DNA of 64,000 nt from Polyangiales bacterium (GCA_038231275.1 JBBRLQ010000007.1:224001-288000), one strand, 5' to 3'; counted from the first letter of the stretch, positions 1 through 10,480 are shown. Made by a program: numbers and translations. Notes: a model not told the origin generated them from the letters alone.

Positions 1-36
1 GCGCGCGCCGCGCGGGCGCGCTTTTCTTGGGCTCGA

Positions 37-384
37 GTGGACCCCCGCACCGCCACGCGCAAGTTCGACGTCGCGCCGTGCGTGATGTTGGTCGCCCTGG
101 CGGAAGCAGAGGCGGAGGTGTGCGCGCGCGTGCTCAAGCCTCTCACCGCCGGGAAATCCGTCGCGATCATGCGCGTCGTACACATTCGGGCGGCGTGCGA
201 GCGGATGCTGGTCACGCGGCCGCTCGTCGTCCTCTTCGCGGAGAAGCTCGGAGCGGAGGATCGGAAGCTCCTCGTCGAGCGCGCGCAGGACATCTCTGCG
301 TCGATCGTGACCGTGCCCGTCTTGATCGACGAAGACGAGCTTCGCACCCGGATCGCCGCCGCACTCGCCGCCGCGGACCTCTGA
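37..384 (+). CDS. Hypothetical protein (possibly degenerate receiver-like alpha/beta fold)
   Basis: 115-aa ORF with normal composition and GC3-rich codons; no clear catalytic motif. Confidence 0.6.
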   Translation: MDPRTATRKFDVAPCVMLVALAEAEAEVCARVLKPLTAGKSVAIMRVVHIRAACERMLVTRPLVVLFAEKLGAEDRKLLVERAQDISASIVTVPVLIDEDELRTRIAAALAAADL

Positions 385-411
385 GCGTCGTCGGTCTGAC
401 TCGCTAGCTGA

Positions 412-1446
412 CTAGAAGGAGCCGGCGACGAACGCGCCCGCAGTTCCAGGGCCAACCGCCGGAGCGAGGTGGAGGCGCGCGGCCTCGTTGCCCTTCTCCC
501 GGGGCGCCGTGAAGTAAAGGACCGCGCCACCCGCGACGAGGACCGCGCCGCTGACGAAGAACACGGTGGAGAGGAGCGCGTCTTTCTTCGCCGTGTCGTT
601 CTTCGCGACGGCGTCCTTGTTCAGCGGAGCTTGAGGGGTGCCGTCAGGGTTCGTGCACCCCGTCGGGTAGCTTCCGCCGCACGCGCTCTTCACGTCGCTC
701 TTGGCGCCGGTGGCGAGGAGGCCGAAGACGCTGCCCACCGCGAGACCCGCGACGCCGACGCCGCCGACCACGATGCCCGCGAGGCGTCGCCCCGCGCCGA
801 CGTCGGACCCCTCGGGCTCGAGCGGCCCGCCGAGATCGACCGGGATGGCGGGGAGCTCTGCGCCGGCGGGGCCCTGCACACCGGGCTTGCTCCACGGCGC
901 GCGGTTCTTCGCGGTGACGTCGATGCGGTGCGCCTGCCCCGGCTCGACGGCGTAGCTCGTCGCGAGCTGCGCGTAGTCCACGTCGGCGACCACGCGGCCG
1001 TCGATGGAGACCGCCAGCTCGCGGACGTTGGTCGGCAGAATGATGCTGAGCTTCACGACCTTGGGCTCCAGCTCGGCGATCGCCTTCTGCGCCGCTTCGC
1101 GCCGCTCGGTGTCGTGCTTCTGGACGGCGATCTGCTCGGCGAGCTTGAAGTTGTTCCACGCCTCGGCGTTGCGCTGCTCGGCGCGCGAGCACTCGGCGAG
1201 GTTGAACCGCGCACCGACGCTCTGCTCGGAGCGCAGGCTCTCGATGAAGAGCGGGATCGCCTCCTTGCAGTTTCCTTGCTCGACGTATTTTCGTGCGGCG
1301 AGAAAATCGCGCATCGCGAGCTGGTGCTTGGCAGGCGAGACCTCTTGGGCCGCGGCGACGCTCGGCGCACACACCGATAGAGCAGGGAGGAGCACGAGCC
1401 AGGCTGCCGACGACGGCGAGGTGCGCATGGATCTCATGGGCCTCAT
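412..1446 (-). CDS. Exported TPR / PEGA-like protein with C-terminal hydrophobic hairpin and terminal Phe
   Basis: Signal peptide (AAWLVLLPALSVCAPSVAAAQ), TPR-like helices (ARFNLAEC), beta domain (LAVSIDG), Gly-rich hydrophobic segments, ends AGAFVAGSF; start set to ATG at 1446, just downstream of the kinase stop. Confidence 0.8.
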   Translation of the reverse strand: MRPMRSMRTSPSSAAWLVLLPALSVCAPSVAAAQEVSPAKHQLAMRDFLAARKYVEQGNCKEAIPLFIESLRSEQSVGARFNLAECSRAEQRNAEAWNNFKLAEQIAVQKHDTERREAAQKAIAELEPKVVKLSIILPTNVRELAVSIDGRVVADVDYAQLATSYAVEPGQAHRIDVTAKNRAPWSKPGVQGPAGAELPAIPVDLGGPLEPEGSDVGAGRRLAGIVVGGVGVAGLAVGSVFGLLATGAKSDVKSACGGSYPTGCTNPDGTPQAPLNKDAVAKNDTAKKDALLSTVFFVSGAVLVAGGAVLYFTAPREKGNEAARLHLAPAVGPGTAGAFVAGSF

Positions 1447-1453
1447 CCTAGCC

Positions 1454-2947
1454 TCAAAACTTATCGAGGTTGGTGGTCGACGGAGGTTTGGGAGGCGGCG
1501 CCGTAGGAAGAGGCGGAGGAGGGGGTTGCGGCAGCGGAACCACCGCCACCGGCTTCGGGGGCGGCGGCCTGCGCGCACCGCCACCGGCACCGGCACCGCC
1601 ACCGCCGGGGGTGATCGGCGCGGGCCGCGGCGTGAGCGTTGCGATGGGCGCCATCGTCGCGATCGGGGCGACGCCGGCGTCGGAGGCGGGCGACGTCGCG
1701 AGCGGCGAGACCGGCTCGGGCATCGCGGGGCTCACGTCGACCGCAGGCGGCGGAGCCGAGTGGGCGGCCGCCGCGCCGCCATGATCCCGTCGGCCCTGGG
1801 CGAGGACGACCACGACCACGACCGCCAACGAGCCCAGCGCCGCCGCAGCAAAGCCCGCGATCCGCAGCGCGACGGTGCGTGACGCGTGCATCTTGCTGGG
1901 CTTCGAGTCGAACGAGGCCGCTGTCTTCGTGTCGCTGTGCACAAGCGTCTCGTCGAGCGCACCGGCGTTCATAGTCCGCGCCGACGCCACGTCGAACGAG
2001 CGTCGTGACGGCTCGGCCGGCAGCGCGTGCGCGGTCGCGAGGACCCCGCGCACGCGTGACGCCGCGCCCGCGGCCGCCGTCCCGCCGAACGGCTCCAGCA
2101 CGTCGGCCAGCTCTCCCACGTCGTCGTATCGCAGCGACGGCTCCTTCTCGAGGCAGCGCATCACGGCCTGCGCGAGCGCCGCCGGCAAGCCCAGCCGAAC
2201 CTCGTTCGGTGGCTTCGGCGCCTCCTTCAGCACGAGCGCGCAGAGCATCGGGACCGTCGGCGCATCGAACGGCACCGTCCCGGTCAAGAGCTCGTAGAGG
2301 CACACTCCCAAAGACCAGATGTCGGTGTGGCGATCGACGTCGCGCGACGCGCGCATCTGCTCGGGGCTCATGTACTGCGGCGAGCCCATCACCGCGGTCG
2401 TGCGCGTGAGCGCGTGGTCGTCGCCGCTCTCGACGTGCTTCGCGAGGCCGAAATCGAGCACCTTCAGCAGGGGCCGGCCGTCGACGCGCTGCGCGAGGAA
2501 GAGGTTCCGCGGCTTGATGTCGCGGTGGATGATGCCGCGCGCGTGCGCCTCGGCGAGCGCCTCGCACGCCTGGAGGACGAGGGCGACGGCGCTCTCGTAC
2601 GGCTGCGCGCCCGACTCTTCGAGGAGCTGGCCGAGATCCTTGCCGGTCAGGAACTCCATCACCATGTACGGCGCGCCGTCGGCGAGCCGCCCGGTGTCCT
2701 GCACGCGCGCGGTGTGCTCGCTCTGGAGGCTCGCGGCCGCGTTGGCCTCTCGCTGGAAGCGCGCCACGCTCTCGCCGTCCCGGAGCGCCTCGGCGCGCAT
2801 GAACTTGATGGCGACGCGCTTGTTCAGCGTCTTGTGCCGCGCCTGCACGACGACGCCCATACCCCCCGAGCCGAGCACGCGCTCGACGAGGTACTTGCCG
2901 TCCAGGACATCGCCAGGCTTGACGGATTCGTCGAGTCGGTTGCTCAT
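1454..2947 (-). CDS. Hanks-type Ser/Thr protein kinase with TM helix and Pro-rich tail
   Basis: LGSGGMG, VAIK, HRDIKPRN, DFG and GSPQYMSPE motifs; start MSNRLD at 2947. Confidence 0.95.
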   Translation of the reverse strand: MSNRLDESVKPGDVLDGKYLVERVLGSGGMGVVVQARHKTLNKRVAIKFMRAEALRDGESVARFQREANAAASLQSEHTARVQDTGRLADGAPYMVMEFLTGKDLGQLLEESGAQPYESAVALVLQACEALAEAHARGIIHRDIKPRNLFLAQRVDGRPLLKVLDFGLAKHVESGDDHALTRTTAVMGSPQYMSPEQMRASRDVDRHTDIWSLGVCLYELLTGTVPFDAPTVPMLCALVLKEAPKPPNEVRLGLPAALAQAVMRCLEKEPSLRYDDVGELADVLEPFGGTAAAGAASRVRGVLATAHALPAEPSRRSFDVASARTMNAGALDETLVHSDTKTAASFDSKPSKMHASRTVALRIAGFAAAALGSLAVVVVVVLAQGRRDHGGAAAAHSAPPPAVDVSPAMPEPVSPLATSPASDAGVAPIATMAPIATLTPRPAPITPGGGGAGAGGGARRPPPPKPVAVVPLPQPPPPPLPTAPPPKPPSTTNLDKF

Positions 2948-3044
2948 GCGGGGGATCGAAGCGGGAGGCGCGTGAAAGCGACCTCTCAGCGTAACATCAT
3001 CGACGGCGCCGGAACGAAGTCCGCGCCGAAGGGTAGGAGCAGGT

Positions 3045-4469
3045 GTGGTGAAGGTACGAGTGGTAGGTGCAGGGCTCGCGGGATGCGAAGCGGCGTGGCA
3101 GCTCGCCGAACGCGGGATCGACGTCGAGCTGATCGAGCAGAAGCCCCTCGCGCGGACGCCGGCGCAGACGAGCGATTGGATCTGCGAGCTCGTGTGCTCC
3201 AACTCGATGCGCGGCGCGGCGCTCGTGAACGCGGTGGGCCTCTTGAAGGAGGAGCTCCGTCGCGCCGGCTCGCTGATCATGGCGTGCGCAGAAGAGGCTC
3301 GTGTGCCCGCCGGCGGCGCGCTCGCCGTCGATCGCGAAGTGTTCGCCGAGAAGGTGACCGCGAAGATCGCCGCGCACCCGAGGATCGCGCGCCGCGCGGA
3401 GATCGTCACGAAGATCCCCGACGCGAGCCCCGACGCGCCCGTCATCCTGGCCACTGGGCCGCTCACCGGCGACGCGCTCGCCCAAGACCTCGCGCGCACC
3501 GTCGGCGCCGAGCACCTCGCCTACTACGACGCGATCGCCCCGATCATCGCAGCGGACTCGATCGACTGGGACAAGGTCTTCAAGCAGTCACGCTGGGGCA
3601 AGGGGGGCGAGGATCCGAACGCCGATCCCGGCGCCGCACGCGACGCGACCGCGCTCGGCGACGAGGCGTACGTGAACTGCCCGTTCGACGAGGCGCAGTA
3701 CCGCGCCTTCGTGGCGGCGATCGTCGCAGCCGAAAAAGTCGAGCCGCGCGCGTTCGAGGAGACGAAATATTTCGAAGGGTGCCTCCCCATCGAGGTCATG
3801 GCGTCGCGCGGCGAGATGACGCTGGCGTTCGGCCCGATGAAGCCGGTGGGGCTGACCGATCCGCGGACCGGGCGCCGTCCGTTCGCGGTGGTGCAGCTGC
3901 GGCCCGAGGATCAAGCGGCGACGTCGTACAACCTCGTGGGCTTCCAGACGCGCATGACCTACGGCGAGCAGCCGCGCGTCTTCCGGATGATCCCGGGCCT
4001 CGAGGAGTGTGAGATCCAGCGCTTCGGCAGCGTGCACCGCAACACCTTCGTCGACGCGCCGAAGCTCCTCGACGAGCGGATGCAGCTCCGCGCGCGGCCG
4101 GGGGTGTTCCTCGCGGGGCAGGTCACCGGCGTCGAGGGATACGTCGAGAGCTGCGCGGGCGGGCTCGTTTGCGCGATCCTCCTCGCGCAGTCGCTCACGG
4201 GGCGCCCTTTCACGCCGCCTCCGGAGACGACGGCGCTCGGCGGAATCCGGACGCATCTGATGCGCCCGCAGCCGAAGTTCCAGCCCTCCAACATCACGTG
4301 GGCCTGCATGCCCCCGATCTCCGATCGACGGCTGAAGAAGCGCGATCGCTACGCGGCGATGTCGGCGCGCGCGCTCGTGGACGTCGAGGCGTGGCTCTCG
4401 TCCGCGCCGCTCGCACGGATCGCGCGCGCAAAGCCGCCGGCTGAAGCGCCGGCCGTTCTGGTATCGTAA
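3045..4469 (+). CDS. trmFO: Folate-dependent tRNA (uracil-5-)-methyltransferase TrmFO
   Basis: [57 protein letters not shown]. Confidence 0.95.
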   Translation: MVKVRVVGAGLAGCEAAWQLAERGIDVELIEQKPLARTPAQTSDWICELVCSNSMRGAALVNAVGLLKEELRRAGSLIMACAEEARVPAGGALAVDREVFAEKVTAKIAAHPRIARRAEIVTKIPDASPDAPVILATGPLTGDALAQDLARTVGAEHLAYYDAIAPIIAADSIDWDKVFKQSRWGKGGEDPNADPGAARDATALGDEAYVNCPFDEAQYRAFVAAIVAAEKVEPRAFEETKYFEGCLPIEVMASRGEMTLAFGPMKPVGLTDPRTGRRPFAVVQLRPEDQAATSYNLVGFQTRMTYGEQPRVFRMIPGLEECEIQRFGSVHRNTFVDAPKLLDERMQLRARPGVFLAGQVTGVEGYVESCAGGLVCAILLAQSLTGRPFTPPPETTALGGIRTHLMRPQPKFQPSNITWACMPPISDRRLKKRDRYAAMSARALVDVEAWLSSAPLARIARAKPPAEAPAVLVS

Positions 4470-4483
4470 CCGGCGAGGGAACG

Positions 4484-5104
4484 TTGGCCGCATCGAAGGA
4501 AAATCAAGCCAAGGCGCGCTCCGTCGTGCCGCCGGGGGACGATGTCGGCGCCGCCGAGCTCGGCCGCGGCGTCGCCGAGAACCTGCGTCAACGTCGCAAA
4601 GCGCGCTCCATGTCGCTCGACGATCTCGCGCGCGCGTCCGGCGTGAGCCGCGCGGCCCTGTCGCAGATCGAGACGTGCAAGAGCAACCCGACGCTCGGCG
4701 TGCTCTGGAAGATCGCCGTCGGACTCGGTATCCCCTTCGCCGAGCTGATCGGCGCGCCGCGTGGAGGCGTCTCGGTGCTGCGCCGCGCCGACGCGCAGAT
4801 CCTCCGGTCCGTCGACGGAAAGCTCGAGAGCCGCGCGCTCGCACCGGCCGGCGCGTCGTCGACCGTCGAGCTTTACGAGCTCCGCCTCTCCGCGCGCTCC
4901 ACGCACACGTCGGAGCCGCACGCCGCCGGCACGCGCGAGGTGCTCGTCGTCCTCTCGGGCGTTGCGCGCATCCAGGTCGACGACGAGAGCTTCGAGCTCC
5001 AGGCCGGCGACTCGATCGCGTTCCCCGCCGATCGCCCGCACGCGTACGAGAACCACGGCGGCGCCGAGGCGCGCTACCACAACGTCATCGTATACGAGCG
5101 CTGA
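4484..5104 (+). CDS. XRE-family HTH transcriptional regulator with cupin domain
   Basis: SLDDLARASGVSRAALSQIE..NPTL HTH; C-terminal cupin (GDSIAFPADRPHAYEN). Confidence 0.9.
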   Translation: MAASKENQAKARSVVPPGDDVGAAELGRGVAENLRQRRKARSMSLDDLARASGVSRAALSQIETCKSNPTLGVLWKIAVGLGIPFAELIGAPRGGVSVLRRADAQILRSVDGKLESRALAPAGASSTVELYELRLSARSTHTSEPHAAGTREVLVVLSGVARIQVDDESFELQAGDSIAFPADRPHAYENHGGAEARYHNVIVYER

Positions 5105-5999
5105 CTTCGCCGGCGGAGGTCGTGCGGCCCCTCACGAGCTCGAACGCGACGCCGGCCTCTTCGAGCCTCCGCGACGTCGTACGGATCGCGAGGGCCCCGA
5201 CGTCGCAGCCGACGAAGGGGCGGCCGAGCGCAGCGGCGGCGACGAGCGCAGTGCCGGAGCCGCAGAACGGATCGAGGACGAGCCCGCCCTCTTCGGTCGA
5301 CGCGCGGACGATGCGATCGAGGAGCTTGAGCGGCTTCTGCGTGGGGTAGCCGGTCGTCTCGCGGCGGAGCGGCGTGTTGCAGTGCATCGCCGGGCAATCG
5401 GTCCACACGCTGCCGAGCGCGCGCCCGAGATCCGCGTAGTAGCGGTACGTCTTGCCGCCGATCGTGCGGTCTCGGTAGCGGCGCCCGCCTTCGTCGGACT
5501 TCTTGAAGTGCATCGACAAGCTCGTCGGCGCGAAGCTCTCGCGGAGCGCGGGGTCCTTGCCGTTCCACACCCAGTCACCGGCGGGATCCTTCGCGTAGAG
5601 AAGGAGCGTCTGGTGGGTCATGCCCGGCCCACGACGGCCCTTTGCGCCGTTGCCGGGGACCCACACGATCTCCCCTAAAAATGAGGGCTTTCCGAAGAGT
5701 CGATCGCAGACGATCTTTGCCTCGTGGACCGCGCGTTGATCGAGGTGGAGCCACATCGTGCCGCGCGGCGAGAGCAGCTCGCGCGTCACGACGAGGCGCT
5801 CCTCGAGCCACGCGAGGTACGCGTCGAAGGAGGGCCACCGATCGTCGTACGCGACGGCACCGGTCGCGCGATGACCGCGGCCCTCTCGCGCGGCGAACTG
5901 CGCGCCGACGGCGAACGGAGGATCGAGGTACGCGAGCATCGCGCTGCTGGGCGCGACATGATCACGCAGGCGCGTCGCGTCGCCGTGGACGAGTCTCAT
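5085..5999 (-). CDS. Site-specific DNA methyltransferase (N6-adenine/N4-cytosine, beta class)
   Basis: Catalytic DPPF precedes YPTQKP and the SAM motif LDPFCGSGT; ATG overlaps the upstream stop (ATGA at 5996-5999). Confidence 0.9.
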   Translation of the reverse strand: MRLVHGDATRLRDHVAPSSAMLAYLDPPFAVGAQFAAREGRGHRATGAVAYDDRWPSFDAYLAWLEERLVVTRELLSPRGTMWLHLDQRAVHEAKIVCDRLFGKPSFLGEIVWVPGNGAKGRRGPGMTHQTLLLYAKDPAGDWVWNGKDPALRESFAPTSLSMHFKKSDEGGRRYRDRTIGGKTYRYYADLGRALGSVWTDCPAMHCNTPLRRETTGYPTQKPLKLLDRIVRASTEEGGLVLDPFCGSGTALVAAAALGRPFVGCDVGALAIRTTSRRLEEAGVAFELVRGRTTSAGEVSARIR

Positions 6000-6847
6000 C
6001 GGGTCCCCGCGGACGGCGCCGCGCCGTCGATCGGCCGGAGCAGCTCCAGCGCGAGCTCCGTGTCCGAGGGCGCTGTCGCGTCGGCGACGGGGTCCATCGC
6101 GATCCAGTGACGAGTAGGCCCCGTCGCCTCGCAGCCCTGCGCGATCTCCTCTGCCGAGCACTGCGTGCGCACGTGGACGTGATCGTCGTGAACGCCGCCG
6201 GGCACTGGCTGGAGCATTGCCTCCTGCGCGCGCAGCATTACTTCGCCGCTCTCGCCGCGCGCCTGCGCCCACTCGAGGAGGATCGCCTCGACGGTCCGAC
6301 TCGCGAAGATCCACTGGATGCGCGCGTCCGGGTCGGTGACGAGCGCCCTCACGAGGAGCCACTGCCGCTCGACGTCGAAGCGGAGGAAGCGGTGATGCAC
6401 GTCGTCCCACGCGAGGCCGTCCTCCTGCACGTGCACGAAGCCGGGGCTCTCCACCGGCGCGCCGTCGAGCGTCGTCATGTAGAGGAGCAGATCGGCGTCG
6501 CGCCCCGTCCGATGCGAGAGGTGGGGCATGAGGCGGCCGCCCGACCGCACGCTCAGATCGCCGACCGATAGCGTGCCTCCGGGACGTTCGCGCGCGACGG
6601 TCTCGGCGGCGCGCTCGATCGCCTGGACGAAGCGCGTGGCGCCGAAGTGCCGCTCGTCGTCCCGCAGCCACCGGTAGCCATTGCCGGTGCGCGGGAGAGC
6701 GCTGCCGTTGGTGAGCACGCCGCGGTGCGGCATTCCGATCGGTCCGCGAAGCTGTGGAGAAAGCGGGCTCGGGGCGCGCGCGCAGGATACGGCGAGCGCC
6801 GCGAAAATCGCGATCAGGAGCGGCCTGTACGGGCGCGCGGCGTCCAC
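5996..6847 (-). CDS. Penicillin-insensitive murein endopeptidase (MepA/LAS family), probable lipoprotein
   Basis: VGDLS..GG...HLSHRTGRDAD and HDDHVHVR zinc motifs; lipobox-like LAVSC. Confidence 0.85.
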   Translation of the reverse strand: MDAARPYRPLLIAIFAALAVSCARAPSPLSPQLRGPIGMPHRGVLTNGSALPRTGNGYRWLRDDERHFGATRFVQAIERAAETVARERPGGTLSVGDLSVRSGGRLMPHLSHRTGRDADLLLYMTTLDGAPVESPGFVHVQEDGLAWDDVHHRFLRFDVERQWLLVRALVTDPDARIQWIFASRTVEAILLEWAQARGESGEVMLRAQEAMLQPVPGGVHDDHVHVRTQCSAEEIAQGCEATGPTRHWIAMDPVADATAPSDTELALELLRPIDGAAPSAGTR

Positions 6848-6988
6848 GCTTCTCCTCTACACCGTGCGGCCGCGGTGCACAAAGTGCGCGTCAAAAATTC
6901 CGTACGATCGTCGCAAAAAAGTAGCGCTTCGACGCTTGCGGCGCGCACCGAAGGGGAGGATCGTCTTCGCGGGTGGGGGGAGGTTCGA

Positions 6989-7252
6989 ATGGTGCTCAAG
7001 GTGGTTCCCGAGCTGAAGTACACGCGGCCCGTGCCGAGCTCGCGGCTCATGCGGGCGGGCGCGCTCGCTGCGGAGATCGAAGCGCTCCCCAACGCGTTTG
7101 CGGCCGAGGAGACGAAGGGGGCGAGCGCGTCGGTGCTCTACCAAGTCCGTCTCGCGAAAGGGCTCACGCAGAGCCTCATTGACCAGCTCGAGGAGCTCGA
7201 AGGTGCACCGTCCTCTGCGCGCGCCTTCGAGGCCGCGGTGAAGGCCGACTGA
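6989..7252 (+). CDS. Small hypothetical helical protein (87 aa)
   Basis: ATG preceded by GGAGG; plausible amino-acid composition; fills the intergenic gap. Confidence 0.55.
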   Translation: MVLKVVPELKYTRPVPSSRLMRAGALAAEIEALPNAFAAEETKGASASVLYQVRLAKGLTQSLIDQLEELEGAPSSARAFEAAVKAD

Positions 7253-7280
7253 TCGCGCGCGCGCCCCGCGACTGCGCCGA

Positions 7281-7757
7281 CTATTTGCAGTAGCCGCGCG
7301 CGTTGCAGCCGGTGGCGATGCATCCGGCGTCGGACGCGCCGTTCGTGCAGTCGGGGAGACCGGTGCACGCCTTGGTGCACCACGCGCCTTGGCCTCCGAC
7401 GAAGCAGACCGAGAAATTGGGATCGGTGCACTCGGTGGGATCGGGGCCCGTCGCGGCGGCGGTGCACGAAGCGCCGAAGCTGCCGAGGGCCGCGCACGCG
7501 CCGTAGAGCGCGTCGGGGGCCGCGCCGTCGTGCGGACCGTCCGCCACGTGCCCGTCCTCGACGCCCACTCCCCCGTCGCCGCCGTCGCCGCCGTCGCCCG
7601 TGTTGCCGGTGTCGCCCGACGTGGCCGCGTCGCCGCCGCTCCCACTCGAGCCGCTGCTGCCGGAGCTGCTGCTACTGCTGCACCCGAACGCAAGGGCGAT
7701 CGAGGATCCCGCGGCGGCGAGCCAGAAGACCGGCGATGCGAGGATTTTGCGGTTCAT
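7281..7757 (-). CDS. Cys-rich lipoprotein with Ser/Gly linker
   Basis: Lipobox AFGC, poly-Ser/Gly spacer, C-terminal Cys-rich domain (WCTKACTGLPDC). Confidence 0.8.
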   Translation of the reverse strand: MNRKILASPVFWLAAAGSSIALAFGCSSSSSSGSSGSSGSGGDAATSGDTGNTGDGGDGGDGGVGVEDGHVADGPHDGAAPDALYGACAALGSFGASCTAAATGPDPTECTDPNFSVCFVGGQGAWCTKACTGLPDCTNGASDAGCIATGCNARGYCK

Positions 7758-7858
7758 CGGGGCAGGACAAGCAAAGCAGCGGCGAACGATTCGCGCAAGC
7801 GCGCGCGCCTGGATGTAACAACTCGCGACGCCGACCCTCGGTGTCTCCCGGCGTCTTC

Positions 7859-10480
7859 TCAGGCCGACGTGAGGTAGTGCGCGAGCTTCGCCTCGATCGT
7901 CTTCACGGCGTCGCTGGTCGCGTAGCTCTCGGGGAGCGTCAGCTTTCCGTCCGCGCGGCCGGTGTAGCCCTGGTCGTGGAAGGCCTGGTAGGCGGTCTCG
8001 AAGACCGGGCGGCTCACGCTCTCGCGCTGCTCGATCTCGCCGGCGAGGAACATCCGCTCGCCGGCGGTGATCGCGCGCTTGGTCAGCTCCTTCAGCAGGA
8101 GCGGGCCGCGGAGGAGCGACGCGAGGGCCCGGGCGGCGACCCGGTAGCCCTCCACGAAATTGCGGACCATCCGCGCGTAGAGCACGACCTGCTCGCGGCC
8201 GTCCTCGCACGCGATCGCGATCGCGTCGCCGGCGCGCGAGAGCTCGCCGTCCCTGACCATCGCGTCGAGCGTCTCGTCGAAGATCTGCTCGAAGCTCGCG
8301 TCGGCGCGGAACTGGAACTCGTACTTGAAGAGGCGTGAGAGGGCGCGGACGCGCTCGCGCAGCACGTCGAAGTCGACTGGTGCAGTCGACGACAAGAGCG
8401 CCGTCGCGACCATCGCGCGCGAGACGAAGAAGTGAAGGACGATGTTCTTCGAGAGATCGAGCGACAGGCGCGCCTCGTCGGGGACCACGTACAGCGCGTT
8501 CGGTCCGGGACGCGCCGTCTTGTCGCGCGAGGAGAGCGCTTGGCCGGGGCGGTGCACCTCGAGGTGGCCGGCGCGCGCGAAGAGCTCGCACGCCTCGCGG
8601 ATCGCTTCGGTGCGAATGTCGCCGGGCCCGGAGCCCTCGAGCGACGGGCTGAAGCGCGCGCCAAAGCGACGCAGCGTGCGGGCCAATCGCTCGCACGCGC
8701 GCACGAGATCGCCGTGCGAGAGCCCGCGCTTTCCGTGCGTGAGCAGCGCGGTGGCGACGAGCGCGCTCGGGGTCACCGCCGTCACGCGGTTGATCTCGTT
8801 CATCACGCGGTACGCAAGACGCGTCACCACCGCGCGCCGCCGCGCCGGCGTCATCTTCGCGAGCGACTCGGGCCCCGCCGACGCGTCGAACTCGCGGAGC
8901 ACCTGCTCGAGGGTCAGCAGCTCGCCGACCTGCACGTTGAGGCGTCCGTAGCGCTCGGCGATGAGCTCGGCGCTCTTGAGGAAGCCGCGCACGTCCTCCT
9001 TTTTCTTCTCGCCTCCCGTGAGCTCCGCGACGAACGCGCGCTCCTCGACCAGGCGCTCGTAGCCGATCGAGATCGGCACGAAGTACACCTTGCGCCCCAC
9101 CGCGCCGAGCACCGCGTCGACGACCATCGACAAGAGCCCCACCTTCGGCGCGAGCAGCTTGCCAGTGCGCGATCGGCCTCCTTCGAGGAAGAACTCGACC
9201 GGCCAGCCGTCCTTGATGAGGCGCCGCACGTACGCGTCGACGACTGCGCCGTACAGCCGATCGCCGCTGAAGCTGCGGCGGATGTAGAAGGCGCCGGCCT
9301 TTCGGAGGATCGCGCCGACCGGGAAAAAATTCAGGTTGTCACCGGCCGCGGCGATCGGGAGCGGCAGGTGGTGGTGATAAAAGATGTACGTGAGGACGAT
9401 GTAGTCGAAGTGCGACTTGTGGCTCGGGAGCAGGATGAGCGTCGCGTCCTTGGACGCCTCGCGTAGGCGCGCGATGCCGGCCTGATCGATCTCCATGCCG
9501 GAGTACATGCGCGGGACGATGGCCTCGAATGCCTTGTCGAGCGCGGCGATCGCGTTGGTGTCGGGCGCCGCCTCCATCTCGAGGAGCATGCCGCGCGCGC
9601 GCTCGGTCAGCGTGCGGCGTTCGGCGAGGCCCTCGCCGGCCATGTCGACGATGATCTTGTGGAGCTTCGGGCTGCGGAGCACCTCGTCGCGGAGCCGATC
9701 GGATGGCTTCTTCGTGGGCCCCAGCACTGCACGCCGCTCGCGCTCGAGGCGGCGCAAGAGGACGTACATGAGCCGCCGCACGAGCACGTCGTCGGGCGGT
9801 CGCGCGCCGCCGTTCGTCTCGGCCTCGAGGAACGCGCGCAGATCGACCGCCTCGCCCGCGCGGAGCGTCACGTGCCGGTAGTTCGCGAGGAACTGCGCGA
9901 CCGTACGAATTTTTCCCGGCCACTCGCGGGGACCCAGCACCGCGTCGACGACATCGCGCTGCGCATTGTCCTGCGCCTTGGACCACACGAACACCTGTGG
10001 CACGAGGAGGATCGGCGCCTTGCTCTGCCGTTGCGCCTCGAACAGAGTGCGGATGAACGGATCGCCCTCGCTCTTGCCGCGCCCTGCCGCGGCGGGCTCG
10101 AGCAGCGTCGGCGGCCGCTTCAAGAAGAGGACCGCCGAGCTGCCCTCGGTCACCGCGCGCGTCAGGTCGCGTGCGTCATCCGCCTCCCGACGCGGTTTCA
10201 TTGCCTGCAGCCATCCGCGGCCCATCGGCTCCAAGATCCACAGCCCGAGATCGTTGGCGAAGCGGACCTGCGGGAGGTGCAGGCGCTTCGTCAGGTGGTC
10301 GAGCGCGAGGAAGTCGACGAACGACAGGTTGCGCATGACGTACACGACGGTCCCGCGCCGATCGGCGGCGCGTACCTGGCTCGCCCACGCCTCGTCGATC
10401 GCGATGTGATCGAAGAAGCGCTGGTAGACCCACGCGAGCAGCGGGTTGGGCTCGTAGGAGACGAGGGGCCGTTCGGACAT
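7859..10480 (-). CDS. plsB: Glycerol-3-phosphate acyltransferase
   Basis: PSHKSHFD (HX4D), AAGDNLNF, GAFYIRR, FFLEGGRSRTG motifs; 873 aa. Confidence 0.9.
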   Translation of the reverse strand: MSERPLVSYEPNPLLAWVYQRFFDHIAIDEAWASQVRAADRRGTVVYVMRNLSFVDFLALDHLTKRLHLPQVRFANDLGLWILEPMGRGWLQAMKPRREADDARDLTRAVTEGSSAVLFLKRPPTLLEPAAAGRGKSEGDPFIRTLFEAQRQSKAPILLVPQVFVWSKAQDNAQRDVVDAVLGPREWPGKIRTVAQFLANYRHVTLRAGEAVDLRAFLEAETNGGARPPDDVLVRRLMYVLLRRLERERRAVLGPTKKPSDRLRDEVLRSPKLHKIIVDMAGEGLAERRTLTERARGMLLEMEAAPDTNAIAALDKAFEAIVPRMYSGMEIDQAGIARLREASKDATLILLPSHKSHFDYIVLTYIFYHHHLPLPIAAAGDNLNFFPVGAILRKAGAFYIRRSFSGDRLYGAVVDAYVRRLIKDGWPVEFFLEGGRSRTGKLLAPKVGLLSMVVDAVLGAVGRKVYFVPISIGYERLVEERAFVAELTGGEKKKEDVRGFLKSAELIAERYGRLNVQVGELLTLEQVLREFDASAGPESLAKMTPARRRAVVTRLAYRVMNEINRVTAVTPSALVATALLTHGKRGLSHGDLVRACERLARTLRRFGARFSPSLEGSGPGDIRTEAIREACELFARAGHLEVHRPGQALSSRDKTARPGPNALYVVPDEARLSLDLSKNIVLHFFVSRAMVATALLSSTAPVDFDVLRERVRALSRLFKYEFQFRADASFEQIFDETLDAMVRDGELSRAGDAIAIACEDGREQVVLYARMVRNFVEGYRVAARALASLLRGPLLLKELTKRAITAGERMFLAGEIEQRESVSRPVFETAYQAFHDQGYTGRADGKLTLPESYATSDAVKTIEAKLAHYLTSA

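Noticed and set aside
3600-3665. Short insertion in TrmFO ([18 protein letters not shown])
   Set aside because: Small variable loop; no intein or intron hallmarks.
4484-5999. XRE regulator plus MTase as a restriction-modification system with controller protein
   Set aside because: The regulator is a convergent XRE-cupin metabolic type, not a C-protein, and no nuclease is present.
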